Positions 20,301 through 33,100 of a DNA stretch of 38,299 nucleotides are shown one piece after another. This DNA comes from Klebsormidium nitens (Eukaryota > Plantae > Klebsormidiophyceae): positions 1 through 38,299 of the forward strand of contig DF237692.1 in the NCBI GenBank assembly GCA_000708835.1, in the 5' to 3' direction. Made by a program: the position numbers and the translations under genes. The notes beneath the pieces are model-generated. The model made no database searches, was not told the DNA's origin, and saw only the letters and a program-made list of their open reading frames with translations. Each line of letters starts with the position of its first letter. The stretch's first letter is position 1.

Positions 20301-22745
20301 TTCGTGGCTCGCTTGGAGGACGCGCCAGCCACAGCGAACTGATGGCAATGATCTAAGCAAAGTAGAAGCTCGACACTGTGTCCCCCAGTATCGAAATATT
20401 GATTATCAAGCAGAATGAAAGATACAGCCTCGAAGATGGAAAAGGCCAACGAGAACTGTAAATATACCCCTCAAAATTCTAAGAATCTGGACATTGCACA
20501 GGTACGCAATCCTGCTCAACCAATCTCGATCTGAGTGTAGACGAAGCCCCGTTGCTGCAAAAGGAAAGCCATGAAAACCCCAGATCGCACGAAACCATTA
20601 AAGCTCCGATTTGTACCCGGGCATTGCACAGATACAAGACCCTTGTCAAACGTAACTTGATCTGGGTTGGAACGCCGAAGCCGAAGCAGATTCTGAATCT
20701 CAAAGGACTCTCGTTGCTGTAACAGGAATATCGAAGGTCCTGCAGAAACCTTAAATTGCTGTTTTGTATCTGGGATCACACAGGTACGCCACCCTGCCCA
20801 ATCGCAACCTCCTGGGGCTGCCCCTGCAGAAGCTGGCCCACTCTGACGGGGCGCTTGTCGCGATCTGGGTCACCAACCGGGAGAAGCTGCGCGCTTTTGT
20901 GGAAAGCGAGCTTCTGGCCACGTGGGGGCTGCGGCTGGAGGCCACGTGGCACTGGCTCAAGGTGAATAAGCCTACTGTAGTCTACTCCGTAATCACTTTG
21001 CTCCGTGGCGTCATAGACGTGAGGTCTGGGGAAGGTTTGCAGGTGAAACTGCCGGAGGAATCCCCTCTGGAACAGACCAGATTTTCGTTGATTAGTTTTG
21101 CGACCAAGCGCCCTGAGTTACTCGAGATCTGCAAAACGCGGTTCAGGACGATAGCCAACACTGTCGCAAGCGTCTGGTGGTTACCCCACCGTCGCAGAAG
21201 AATAGAGAGATCATGCGGGAATCATCTCTGTCTTTGATGCACTATTTGCTCGTGATGGTACAAGAGTGTTCCCGCTATGCAAAAAGCGTCGTTCCAAGCA
21301 TCCAACTAATGCTTCTGAGCGGAAAAGTATATTGTAAAGCTTGAGGACAGTCGTAGCTAAGGACAGACCGCTGAGCGCCTGCAAGATCTCAATGCCGGGT
21401 AATCCATGAACACTCTTTGACCGACGTTTTGCCCCCAGTGGAACCATCATCCGCGCAGTTCGGCCTCCACATCCGGTGAATTCTGCCATGTACCCGGCGT
21501 TGTTTTTTGCAATTTGTTGAAAGACTTTCTTCACCTCGCAGGTCACCCCCGAGGGGGAAACGATCAGTCCGCTAGATCTGGCTCATCACCGGCCGTACGA
21601 AGTGCTCGTGCTTGCCAGAGCCCCGTCCGAAGAGCAAGACGTGCCGTCCGCAGAGCGCGAGCAGCCGTCCGAAACGCAACACGTTGCGTCCGCAGAGCGC
21701 GAACAGCCGTCCGAAATGCAGCAAGCGGCGTCCGACGAGCGCGAGCAGCCGTTCGGTACCCACAAAATGAATACCGTAGAGTCGCCGGCTTCTTCGCAGG
21801 TAATCGTTCCTCTGCTGGAATTATCTGTTTTTGCAGTCGAACTTGTCTTGCAAATCTTGCAGCTTTCGTCGTGCCTCGTCTTGGTACCGACTGCTCTGTC
21901 CATCGCAGCGACGGTAGTGGCTGTTACTCTGGATCTCGAGCACCGGGAACGAGCGAGAGTACCGGCTCGCCGATGGAAGAATGGTCGGGAATAGCTTCGC
22001 CGGAAAGGAATTGCGTGCATGTTGAGTGTTCTGCGAATCGGTTCCGTCTCTACTGAAGCCGCGCCTACGGGGACCTATCGAAGACGTGACTTGTAACGTG
22101 ACTCGTAACTCACTTGAGCAGTTGACCGTTACGCCGTCTGCGCCCGACAACTTCGTCATCGTCAGCGTTCCTGGAGAACACTCGAGGAAGCCGCCTCTGA
22201 AGTGTAAGGCCCCCAAGCCATGCGAACCTACTTTGTGAAAGAAGAACATACGGATGCATTCTTCGTCAACGCGCATCTTGGTCTTCTGTCAGAACGCCCC
22301 GTTTGGCGCTTTAAGAAAGACTCTGCACCTGGGGCCTCAAGATTGATACAAAACTCTCAGGAGAGCGCATGCCAAGCCAAATTGACTAGCTACTCTTTTC
22401 GACGCGTTTTGTGTTTCTGCCGCTTCATTCGTGCGTTGTCCATGAATCGGATACTGTCCTGAGCTCTCCTACGACTGCCTTTCATATATCCTCCCGCTGC
22501 CTTTAGTAATCAGCACGTAGACCGCCGATATTTTTCCGCCAGGTCTACTGGAAAAGTACTCGGCAAAAGGCGCTTCCTCGCGGGGCTTGGAGCTGTTTGC
22601 GCGCGAGCTGACGGCGGGATGGACGTCGTGGGGCAATGAGGTGCTGCGGTTCCAAGACGCCAAGTACTTCGTGGCCAAGGGGGGAAGGGCGCTGACCCCT
22701 GATTGTAGCTCGAATCATTTGGCCAGGCCCAGGGAAGTGAAGTAA
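17333..22745 (+). CDS. METTL4: MT-A70 family N6-adenine methyltransferase, plant METTL4-like
   Basis: Exons: 17333-17537, 17867-17997, 18357-18546, 18762-18855, [unlocated short exon], 19430-19463, 20096-20171, 20784-20961, 21542-21799, 22122-22203, 22543-22745. It has the catalytic YDIILLDPPWENKS plus YATLPN, GALVAIWVTNREKL, HHRPYEVL, SVPGEHSRKPPL and LELFARELTAGWTSWGNEVLRFQ. The N-terminal RKRKRK..RHE and LAGVWQA motifs match recalled plant METTL4. Confidence 0.9.
21643..21760 (+). repeat. Coding 42-bp tandem repeat (3 x 14 aa, S(A/D)EREQP..) inside a METTL4 exon
   Basis: Translates as PSAEREQPSETQHV / ASAEREQPSEMQQA / ASDEREQPFG. Confidence 0.85.
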
Positions 22746-23251
22746 CTGCGTAAAATGTGACCTAGTCTCCATAGAGAGGGAGTGTTGGTCGTGATTTTAT
22801 ACTTGGCAATCAATCAGCTCGGAAGTTGAGTTGAGTGGAATTGCGGAAGTGACCGTACAGCAGCGAGCTTCATTCAAGGAACTGGCCTTCGATCTGGCCC
22901 CCGCTGCGCAGTCGTGCATATCGCTTGGTGCAGGGCTCGAGAACGTCACCTTTCGTACAAGATGTGTCTCCATACCAGTCCCAATAAAATATTGCAAGCG
23001 CATGTTGCTACCGTGTCGTGGTCCTATAAAACCTACAACGCCCCGATGTATGGATGCATGATACCACATAAGAATGACACATGTGGCCCGCTTGACGGTA
23101 GGCCAGCTCGATCAAAAACGCCCGCTTTAGACATATGATGCATGTGTGCCTCCTGCGCGGCCGCGCGCACACATGATGGTGAGACGGGCGTTGGGTTCCT
23201 GTTTGCAGATCTCGCAGCTTCTGACGGCCGCCCGGAGAAAGGATCCAAAAT

Positions 23252-23614
23252 CATTGAGGCGTTTTACATGAGAGGTGGTTTGCCGAGGGTAAGTGCTGAC
23301 TTGCCGGGCACTGTCGCGACTAAACTTGTACCGCCCAGACTTACCGTGGGCTCGTCGACATATCGGCGTTTTACATGGTCCGAGGGTAAGTCGTTGGTAA
23401 GTCCCGATCGAGGGCAAATCCGCACTCATTTTGGACTTACCACGACTTACCACGGTTTACCTCATCGATTTCGATGAGTTAAATTGGGGCCTACTTTACC
23501 GTCGGTAAAGTCGACTTACCACGGTAAGTCGCTACCATGTAAAAGGCAAGTCGTGGTAAGTCCGAAAATTGACTTACCGTCGGGACTTTAACCTCCATGT
23601 AAAACGCCTCAATG
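23252..23614. mobile_element. MITE-like element (363 bp) with 19-bp perfect terminal inverted repeats and an internal GGTAAGTC/GACTTACC motif array
   Basis: CATTGAGGCGTTTTACATG at 23252 pairs with CATGTAAAACGCCTCAATG ending at 23614. About a dozen GGTAAGTC(G)/(C)GACTTACC-like motifs occur inside in both orientations. The TSD is unclear, and is AT if the true ends are TGAGG..CCTCA. Confidence 0.8.
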
Positions 23615-24239
23615 TTTGCCATGCGCTTTGTCCGCATCATGATCCTGATTCTCGATCAACGAAAGCGAGCTCTAACAGTTTACTCTTTCGTTCTTGAGCA
23701 TACGTACACAGCGGGCCTGCACGGCCGCGGCTGGCCCGCTCGTCACCTCATGGACCGATGACCGATGCGTACTCGTGAAGGATTTGAATCCATCCGCACA
23801 GCTCAAGGTGCTTGACTGCAGGCCGGCAGCTTGGGAAGTAGCGCGAACCGTAAAGCTGATCATATTGTCGTACAGCTCGCAATCTTCTACGATGCTGGCT
23901 ACGACAGATGGGTTATCGTTGCATTCGTTCGCATCCAGAAGCTGCGATCAAGCCGTTTTACAATGCAGGCAGTAGTAATCTAGAACTGTGTCTCTCATTG
24001 CCCCATTAGGTTCAAATTGATGTCCTAATCTACTAGCTAGGTCTTCGACCACCAGTCGGAGTTGCTCTGTAAGTTGAACAATCTGGAGACTGGTCTGAGA
24101 TACCTTCAAAAGACTACCGTGACCCCAATTCAAACGGAACAGCTCTGTGATTGGTTAGACTGCATATCACTCTCAAATCTCCGTCCTATTATGTCCAAGA
24201 AAGCAACTTTTCCTTACGACTCCGCTCTGTCGAGTCTCT

Positions 24240-25792
24240 TCACGAATCAAATGTCCTTGCTCGACTAGCCTGGCAGTGGATCTTGTGCGACGGCCAGTGC
24301 AGCTTCTGATGCTCCTTGCTGCAAAATGAATCATAAGGTGATCAAAAAGATGAGCAATCCTTAAACGTGGGGCTTCATGACTTTGAAAAGTTCAAAGGTG
24401 ACAAACATGGCCAACGTTGATTCATGCTCTGCGAAGATACTTCCAGAAATGTTTTGGGGAAAAGCTGACTGGTTTCAAAGAGCACGTGTCTCTCTGGAGA
24501 AGCTGATGCGGCACACTCCCTCTGCATAACATTCTCTGTCAAGAAAGCAATGCTCGCCTCTTCCCTTCCACTCGTTCTTACATGTAACTTAAGCCAGTAT
24601 TTTCGAAGGGTACCTGGTAAGTTCCAGTGCAAATAAACAGGGTCTGGAGTCTTCATCTGCGAATGATAACAAGGCGGTAAGTACTCACCTGCAGTAACGG
24701 GCGATCTGACAGAGCGCGCACTTGCCAAACTTCTTTTCGCCGGTCTCGGGGCCTTCTGTGCACAGCTTCCAGGAGCAGACCACAGGAACCACATCCCCAT
24801 CTCCAGTGTGCTTGAGCTTATATTCTTTGATGTTACGCAGCAATCCGATAGGCGCCTTCTTGCCCTGCATTCTTGCTTCGATGTAATACCAGCCAAGATC
24901 GTAAATTGGTGGCGCCGCATTGATCTTTTTTTTATGGGGCTTGAGTCCGGACAGCGCATTATGAGCGCGCATCTTCTTCACCCGTTTCGAGCAAGCAATG
25001 AAGGGCTGTGGTGCAAGATTGCACAGGAGAACCTTCGGGCTTGAAGGTGGGGTGAACCCTGAGCTCCTTTACGGGCGAGCCTTCCAAAATCTCTGCAATC
25101 AGCTTGAGTAAGCCCTTGTCCAAGGCCCACAGTTGGCAGTCTTCCGCACTGGCAAGAGACACGGCTAATCTTGACATTATGTCGCGAACCTTCCAGGAAT
25201 CGAAAACACTTAGTTTGCTAAGGAAGTCGCGGGATACAAGATACCCAAGACATTCGAAGATGGATTGCTCTTCCGCAACGTCCTTCATGGCTTCCCTGAA
25301 AGTTCTGGATGCTTCTGCAAAGTTGCCCAGAGTCTGTAGAGGCGTTCCAAATGACAGGGTGATCATTGAGGGGCCCATGACGGCCGCTCCTGCCTCCAAA
25401 GAGCGGGCTTCTTGGACAGCCATCCGAGAAAGCGTACGGTAAATATCACGAGCAGCCAACCTTTCCTTTGGCCCTAAGATCCTCAAGCAGCGTTCTACAA
25501 CAATCTTGCTCGTTGACAACATCGAAAACGCCAAAGTGCAGCCAAGTGAATACAGTGGATCTTGTTCTGATGTATACAACAGAATCCCTTTCCAAAGCTT
25601 CCTGAGAACAACGCCGCCATAGTAGACTGCAATTCCCTGTGCGATTCTTGCAAGTTGTTCTGCCTCTCTGCTTGCTTTCACCATATACATGCCTCCTAGA
25701 AGCTTTATACCCTTGTCTATGCTTTCTACATCGCTTGAAAGCAGCTTGGCAGCACACTCTTCCACCAGGGACTCAAGGTCCCGTGTGTCCAT
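24240..25792 (-). pseudogene. MYND zinc-finger gene copy A with a frameshifting ~8-nt deletion near 24985
   Basis: Exons 24689..25792 and 24240..24318 total 1183 nt, which is not a multiple of 3. Copy A has gaaacg-ggtgaagaagatg where copy B has gaaacg-gaggctggggttgagaagatg. The MYND CALCQIARYCS|KEHQKLHWPSHKIHC is therefore out of frame with the 277-aa N-terminal ORF. Confidence 0.75.
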
Positions 25793-26889
25793 TTCTCAGA
25801 AGCTGGTGGCACAGTAGAATCAGCAAACTTTGTGAAGCCGCAACCTGATCAAGAAGGCAGACTTTGGTCCCTTCGTGGTCATATTTCCTTCTTCTGTCAA
25901 GTCTGCACGGTCACCGAAACAACGCATGTGCATCTTTTCTGAGCATCTTCTCAGCCCTGGCGCATCAGATTCTTCAACGATCTTCATGCGCGCACTCTGT
26001 GCGCATTGGGCAGACCTGAGCAATCAACACCATCGTACGTAGAGGCCGATGCCCGCGGCCGGCCGCGACACGAGGGGCGATCGCAGGGGCGCGGCTGGAG
26101 GTTTCGCTTTATGGATTCAACGCGCAAACTAATCTGTGATCGTACCGGTCCATCAGCTTCAGAGGAGAGTGCTCTGCGCTCTCCTGACTCGCTGATACGT
26201 TCAGGATGACCAACTTGGGGTTACTGGGCGGTTTGGGTTCGCTAGATTGGACAACCCTTGGATGATCGGATGGTCGCCATTTGAACATCCACTCTTACAA
26301 TGGGAAGCTGAAGTCACTAACAATCAAGAAACGATGCATGCCTTCTTTTTGCAGAGGGACTCATTCATGGAGGGCGTGATCAAGACGTACGTAAATCAGA
26401 GTCAAACTTCAGGCAGACCTCAAGCATTGTGCCGCAGACTCTGGCCGAGGAAATCTTCGCAGTTTTCACGATCGAACCTCTCCTTACAAACTAGACGATG
26501 ATGGCAAATTAATCTTATGTTATCATTAAATTCACTTTCCCGTCCATCCGGGCGGCCAAAACCAGCCAGAAGCTGCATTCAGCGTACTTAAAAGCAATAG
26601 CATTCAGATCTGTGTCGGTCATCGGCCCTTCGCGCGCTTGTTGAAGAATCCAATTTGCTGATCTACTTGATCCAAGCCCATCACCAGTAAGAGTCCCTAG
26701 CTCTGCATGATGAACAATCTCGACAACCGTGACCTCATTCACGACACCAATGAACAGCTCAGGTAATCTATAGCCGGTTGATCTGCATACCATGACTACA
26801 GTAGCAACCTTATTGTCGTATCATGTCCAGGGACTGCCCAAGGACACCATTTGCTTCTTACGACTGCGCTTTTTGAACATCGTCACGAA

Positions 26890-28399
26890 TCAAATTGTAC
26901 TTGCGCGACCAGCCTGGCAATGGATCTTGTGCGACGGCCAGTGCAGCTTGTGATGCTCTTTGCTGCAACGTCACAACCTGAATAACTCAATGGAGACTTA
27001 CAAATGCCATCTTCGAGACATTCTGATAGATACGATGCTTCAAGGAATGTCTTCGAGAAAGGCTCATTACATTTGATGATTAGAACCTTGTGCCGCACAC
27101 TCCCTCTGCGTAGGTTTTTTTGTAAGCAAACGAAAAACGCTTCTTCCCTGTTACTTTTACCTTCCCACAAGGTAATCCACCAGGTGATGTCCCAGCTTTG
27201 AGTTAAAGGGTCTGCAGTGACCACTTCCTGGCACGAGGTCCATCTTCGAAAGGTATCAAGGCAATCAGTACTCACCTGCAATAACGGGAGACCTGACAGA
27301 GCGCGCACTTGCCGAACTTCTTTCCGGCGGTCTCGGGGCCTGCTGTGCACAGCTTCCAAGAGCAGACCACTGGAAGAACGACGTAACCATCTCCACTTTG
27401 CTTGAGCTTCCATCTACCGACATAACGCAGCGCTCCCAGTGCTGCGTGTTTGCCCTGCATTCTTGTCTCGATGTAATTCCAGCTCCGATTGAGGGGCGCC
27501 CCGTTAATTTTCTGCTTGTGGGGCTTAAGTCCGGATAGTGCGTTGTGAGCGCGCATCTTCTCAACCCCAGCCTCCGTTTCGAGCAAGAAAACAAGGGATG
27601 CTGCGCAGGACTGATTGGGAGAACCATCGGGCTTAAAGTTGGGGCTCAGATTGGGCTCCTTCACGGGCGAGCCTTCCAAGATTGCTGCAATCAGCTTGAG
27701 TAGGCCCTTGTCTAAGGCCCAAAGCTGGCTGTCTTTTGCAATCGCCAGAGACTCGACTAACCGTGACAACAAGTCGCGAAGCTTCCAAGAATCAAAAGCA
27801 GTCAGCTTGCTAAGGAACTCTGGGCTTACAAGGTACCCAAGAGTCTCAAAGATGGATTGTTCTTCCGCGACGTCCTTCATGCCCTCCCGGAAAACTCTAG
27901 AGGCTTCTGCAAAGTTGCATATGTTCCGTAAACGCGTCCCAAATCTCAGCGTGTTGAACGAAGGGCCTTCGACGGCCGCTCCAATTCTCTTCAGAGAGCG
28001 GGCTTCTTGAACAGCCATCCCAGAAAGCGTTCGGTAGATGTCACGAGCAGCCAACCTTTCCTTTGCCCCTAGGATCTTCAAGCAGCGTTCTACGACAACT
28101 TTGTTGGATGAGAGAATCGACAATGCAAAATTGCATCCCGTTGAATACGTGGTCGGCGGCTTTGGACATCCTTCTGAAGTCCTCAACTGCAGGCCTTCCC
28201 AGAGCTTCTTGAGGACAACGCCGCCATTGTAAACTGCAATCTCCTGAGCAATTCTTGCAAGTTGTTCCGCTTGTTTGCTTGCTGTCACTATATACTTGCC
28301 TCTTAGAATCTGGATGCCCTTATCAAGGATGTTCACATCGTCTGAAAGCAGCATGGCAGCACACTGTTCCACCAAGGACTCAAGGTCCCTTGGGTCCAT
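26890..28399 (-). CDS. MYND-type zinc-finger protein, copy B (~398 aa, 2 exons)
   Basis: complement(join(26890..26962,27276..28399)) is 1197 nt. It has a helical-looking N-terminus, then CSWKLC..KFGKCALCQVSRYCS|KEHHKLHWPSHKIHC, a MYND signature split by a phase-2 intron. Confidence 0.85.
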
Positions 28400-30179
28400 T
28401 TCTCAAAAGATGACGGAGCAGAATCAGCACACTTTGCGAAGCCGCAACCTGATCAAGAAAGCAAACTTTGGTCTCTTGGTTACGAATCCTTCTTTTGTTC
28501 AGTCTGACTTTCCCCTGAAACAATGCATGTGCCTCTTCTTCTCCTGAGCATCCTCTCAGCCCTGGCGCACAGGTTTCTTCAACATTCATGCGTGCATGGA
28601 GCGGACCTGGACCCACCAGTTGACTGACGATCAATCATCAAACTAGTACTGACCATCGAAGAGGCGAGACGCCCGCGCGCGGCCAGCCGCGATTCTAGGC
28701 GGGGTTGCACGGCCGCGGCTGAGGTTTCGCCTTTTTGAATTACTAGTCAAGAGGCAAAAAATGTTTGGGTTCTGTCAAAACTACCGTCCCATTTGCTACA
28801 GCATGAGAGTTCTCTGCGCTCTCGTGGCTATGTGAAACGCTTAGGATTTGACCAACTTGTGCTGACTTGTGCTTATGATCTGGCCGGTTTGGATTAACTA
28901 GACTGGACCGCCGATGTCTGGAGCGCCCTTGGACATTGGACGGTCGCCATTTCAACATCTTGACATCCATCAGGTGACAATACATGCCTTTTTTGTGCAG
29001 AGAACTCCGTATCGAGTCTGCTCAGAAATGGTGAACGTGCTTTCAGTAAGCAGCGCATGATTCCAGGGGATTCGTCACCGACTTGCAGCGGCGAACGGCG
29101 CAAGCACCAACCAAAAGCTTGGTGGAAGGAAGTTGGCCGCCTCTGTCTGCAGGATTTGGCGATAGCCAGGTCAGGAGACCATAGGCGACCGTAGATGAAT
29201 CATAAGCTTGGTTTTGAGAGAGATGAAACGGCGTTTTTCTGAGTGAGTTTGCAGTGCTGTCATCCTTTCGGCGATGTTTGCATTGTGAATGTTCTGACGA
29301 AGGATTCGAAACAGTCGGTCCTTCTGGAAAGTGCAGATGAAGCTGAGCCACTCGATACAACCCTTTGATTGAAGACTGTTGCCAAAATTTACTTGATGTA
29401 GACATGATGGGTTGGACAGGCAACTTAGAGCCTGCAGCAAACGCTTCGAGGATACATACCTAGGCCAGGCCAGACAGGGCGGCGGCCTAACTTCGTTGAC
29501 CTACAAGCTTCTTGGCTACTCGTCAATTCCAGCTGTTGCGATTAAGGAGTTCCACTAATCGATACGAATGTTGAAAAGCTCTAGAGGGGTGGGCGTGAAC
29601 TAATCCAATAACCCAATACATCGAGTCATCTGTTGTTGGGCCGCAATCACGCATATAGCAGGGACGGTTGACTGAGAAAATGAGATGGAGTGATATCCAA
29701 TTATTTAGCTCTTAGATCGACTTGAGGATGTAATTTCGTGTTATGATAAGCGACGGCGTACGGACGGCACACATATGCCGCGTCTGCCGGATATCTACGA
29801 ATGTGACTGCATGCATGCAAGCGGCGGCCGTGGAGGCCCGATAGAAGTTCTAATGATATGATCAAAAGCAGCACGGCATCAGATGGGCATCGAAGTAGCT
29901 TGATCAGTATTAAGATTCTACGAGGAGGTGTGGCCCGTGGGTCTGCATGGTGTCGTAAGCACCTATGTATCCATATATCCTGACCGCTGCTAGGGCTGGC
30001 ACTGATCTGCTTCCTGTAAGCGCGCGAACGAATATTCTTTACTGTCTTTGACGTCCCGGCAGAACTGTTGACAACGTTCTTGATGATAGTTGGTTCGTTT
30101 CTAAGAATGCCTCGTCTGCCGCTTGCAGCCAAAGGCTTTGGGTTTATGGGATTTTGACTTTACAGGATCCAAACGGTGC

Positions 30180-33100
30180 TCAATGCATGTCCGGTGTGAA
30201 AGGGTACACCTCTAAGTCGACTGGATGGAGCTCGCCTGCTTTGGTTCGGTGGAGCGCGTCGAAGCACTGCAGAAGGAAGGGCAGCTTCAGTCAGCTTCAT
30301 TGTTGAGACGACAAATATAACCGAAAGGCAGCCCTCCATTGCAGTAGTGGTTCGTACAGAAGATCTCTCGGGCTAAGACATTCTGTGCCAGATTCCAGCA
30401 CAGCTAAGACCTTTCGACGTCTTGTTAGGGGCAGGGCCGCTTGCTTCGCACCTATTAGTTTGTTAACCGACGCCTCACCAAGGCAATCATATGGGCTTTG
30501 GACAGTAACCTGACGACGAAAGCACTTTCACCGAAGAAGGGTCCTCGCCAAGCAATCAACTTTTGAACGGCTGAGCGTGTAATAGTCCTCGAAACATTCA
30601 TCCAAAGCTTGCACCGCCCCGGATCCCTAGCCTCAATCAGAAGGGGGTCCTCATTCAGAAGGGGTTCCGTACAGAAGCGTTTCAAAGCACTCACTTGCTC
30701 GCAGAAGAGGCACGGGCTCTCGGGCACCAGTTCATCTCCCACCGTTATCTTCTGCAGCCAGGGCAAACACTGTGATCAGCGAGGCGAAACGTCGCCTTTA
30801 TTATCCCTGGCAGCACGGCTGCTGGAACCGTCCGAAATCGCCCTTGCCGAATGCAGATAGGGACTCCGTCCTCCCAGAGATTGCTCACAACCGAGTGAAG
30901 GACCAACCACGCGACTCAATTCTGGTTGGCAAAGCGCAACCAGAGAGACACCTTGAGCGGACGGGGCGATGCAACTTGCGAAAAGGGGAGGAACACGAGA
31001 AGAAGGGGACGTGGGCGCTCACCGACGCCTGCTGCTTACAACAGATGTGGCACTTTTTCGGCGGACGTTGCGTCTGCATGAGCAACGAAGCGAGACGCAT
31101 GTCAAGGTTGAAGATACGAGTATCCTGTTCTTCAGCACCAGACCCTATTTTTTACAACCGAGAGAAATTCATAGGATCCGTATCGCACCACACCATGCAG
31201 AGCCCAGCGTTCGAAACGTCGTGGTGAATGGCGGGCCGGCATTAACCAATGACGTGCAATCGAATGCTAACAGAATCACCTTCTCTTCTTTTACCGTCAG
31301 CGTATCTCAATATCGCAGCACGAAAGTTTTAACACCATCTATCTTGAATAATAAGGAGCCTGGTAAGCAACACTTGGCTCATGAAGGCAGAAAGAGTTTG
31401 TTCGGTTTTCTCTTACCCGGTACCGCAGCAAGGGATATGCGAACAGATCCGGAACGTCGAATCGGTTCAGCATCCTGCAAGATGATACAGCGAGGCTCTA
31501 TGTAGACCGCCTGATAACAGGATTGCGGATGGAAGGAATGTAGTTACAGGTTTGACGAGGCAGAGGTGCTTTCTTCAGCCACGCAGGCAAGACAAGAATG
31601 GGGTCCAATTAAAGAATTATAGCAACGAACTTACTTAAAAGCGCGTTTCAAAGAAGTGCGTCGTCAAACTGTGGACGCGGTTCAAGTTCATCGCTTCAAG
31701 CCGGATTTGCGCAATGACGTCACAACTCACCTCACGTCCGTGAACACCATCTTGTGCTCGCAGTTGCCCTGCAGCGCATACGACGAGCAGTCAGAGACTC
31801 GACGAGATGTTTGAAACATATGCATCTGAAATGGGTCTGATTTGGCACAGCAATGAACCAAATTCTGTAGAGGCGACAAAGCCCTGTTCCAGTAAAGATC
31901 GAAGACGTCGCGGCGTACTGCTCAAGCGGGTTCGAGAGACATTGATTACTCTGGGAAATGTATCAGTACTTCGTCACGACCGGAGAGCCGCCCGTTCATC
32001 GCGCACCGCGCATCGTTCGCTTCGACGATGGCAGAAGAAGCAATTGAGTCGGTCTGCGCAACGAGCTGCGAAGGAGGCCTTGGTTTCGGCTCCAGAACGT
32101 GCTTCATAACAGTGACAGTACGGATACTCCACTCCGACCCGCACGTTCTGGTCTCCAAAAGCATGTACTGAAGGTCTCAATTTCGGCCACAAAGGGTCAT
32201 CATAAAATACCCCGCGGTTGCGAAGAAGGTACTCCGGTCCACTCCGCAGGTTGAGTCTTCAAACGCGTGTAGTGAGGGAGTCAAATCTTTCTTACCTGGA
32301 TACTCCTTTCGGATCGGCACTTGTCAGGTCCTCAGACGCGTGTAGTGAAGGCCTTCACTTCGGCTACACAAGCTGCTCACAATTTTCTTAAGTGGTGAGA
32401 GTAGAGATACTCCGCACCGACTCGCACTTTCAGATCCTCAAACGCGTATAGTGACAATCTTCAAATTCAGTTATAAAGGCCGCGAAAGTATTCTTACCTG
32501 GTGACAGTAGAGGTACTCCGCTCCGACCCGCACGTTCAGGTCTTCAAACGTGTACCGCTCCATATCTCTCTGCTCGTAGCGGACGACGCCCGCCCCGGGC
32601 CCGCCACGTGGCGACGGCTGGGCGGCCGCCCATTCGACGATAGGCGCGCTGTACCTTATGGCTGACGCTCCGCTTCGCATATCGTCGAAAAAGGTGTCCT
32701 GCGAGGTAACGAGGCGATTAAGAAGGCGAACAGAGGCTTCGTCTCGATTATGGTTAATTTTCGGTCTGCTTTGCGTGATTATCTCTCCGCGTATGCAGCG
32801 GCGGTAACTGCTGATTGCTGCGACGCAGAGAACGTGATCCCGGACGGAACCATCAGAATAGACATACGATGAATTGCCGCTGAGTCCTAGACGCCAGAAT
32901 TATCTTCAGTTCCAGTGCAAGAGCCTCTTAAACAAGAGAAACATAGCGACCCCTCTGCCGCATGCATCAACCATTACCAGCAGGCAGTCCGACAGGCCGG
33001 ACGCTTGAGAGCGGAAGCTTTGCCTACTACCAACGGAACCCTTCTGTGACAACCAACCGGTCAATCTGCCGGCCTTGGCGCTCGGCGGATGTCCCAAAAC

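Larger units (their letters stand above)
24180..29030. repeat. Tandem segmental duplication, ~2.6-kb unit covering the MYND gene, its 3' flank and its upstream region
   Basis: Non-coding matches extend past the CDS, e.g. gaggtttcgc (26100 / 28722), gagag..ctctgcgctctc (26165 / 28805), cccttgga..ggtcgccattt.aacatc (26255 / 28926) and cttacgact.cgct (24215 / 26858). Confidence 0.85.

Noticed and set aside
21514-22056. 180-aa Arg-rich ORF and the antisense 144/151-aa ORFs
   Set aside because: They are alternate-frame shadows of the repeat-containing METTL4 exon and its intron.
29043-30132. ORFs of 126 and 143 aa downstream of SNAPC3
   Set aside because: No recognisable motifs or splice support; likely 3' UTR or intergenic sequence.
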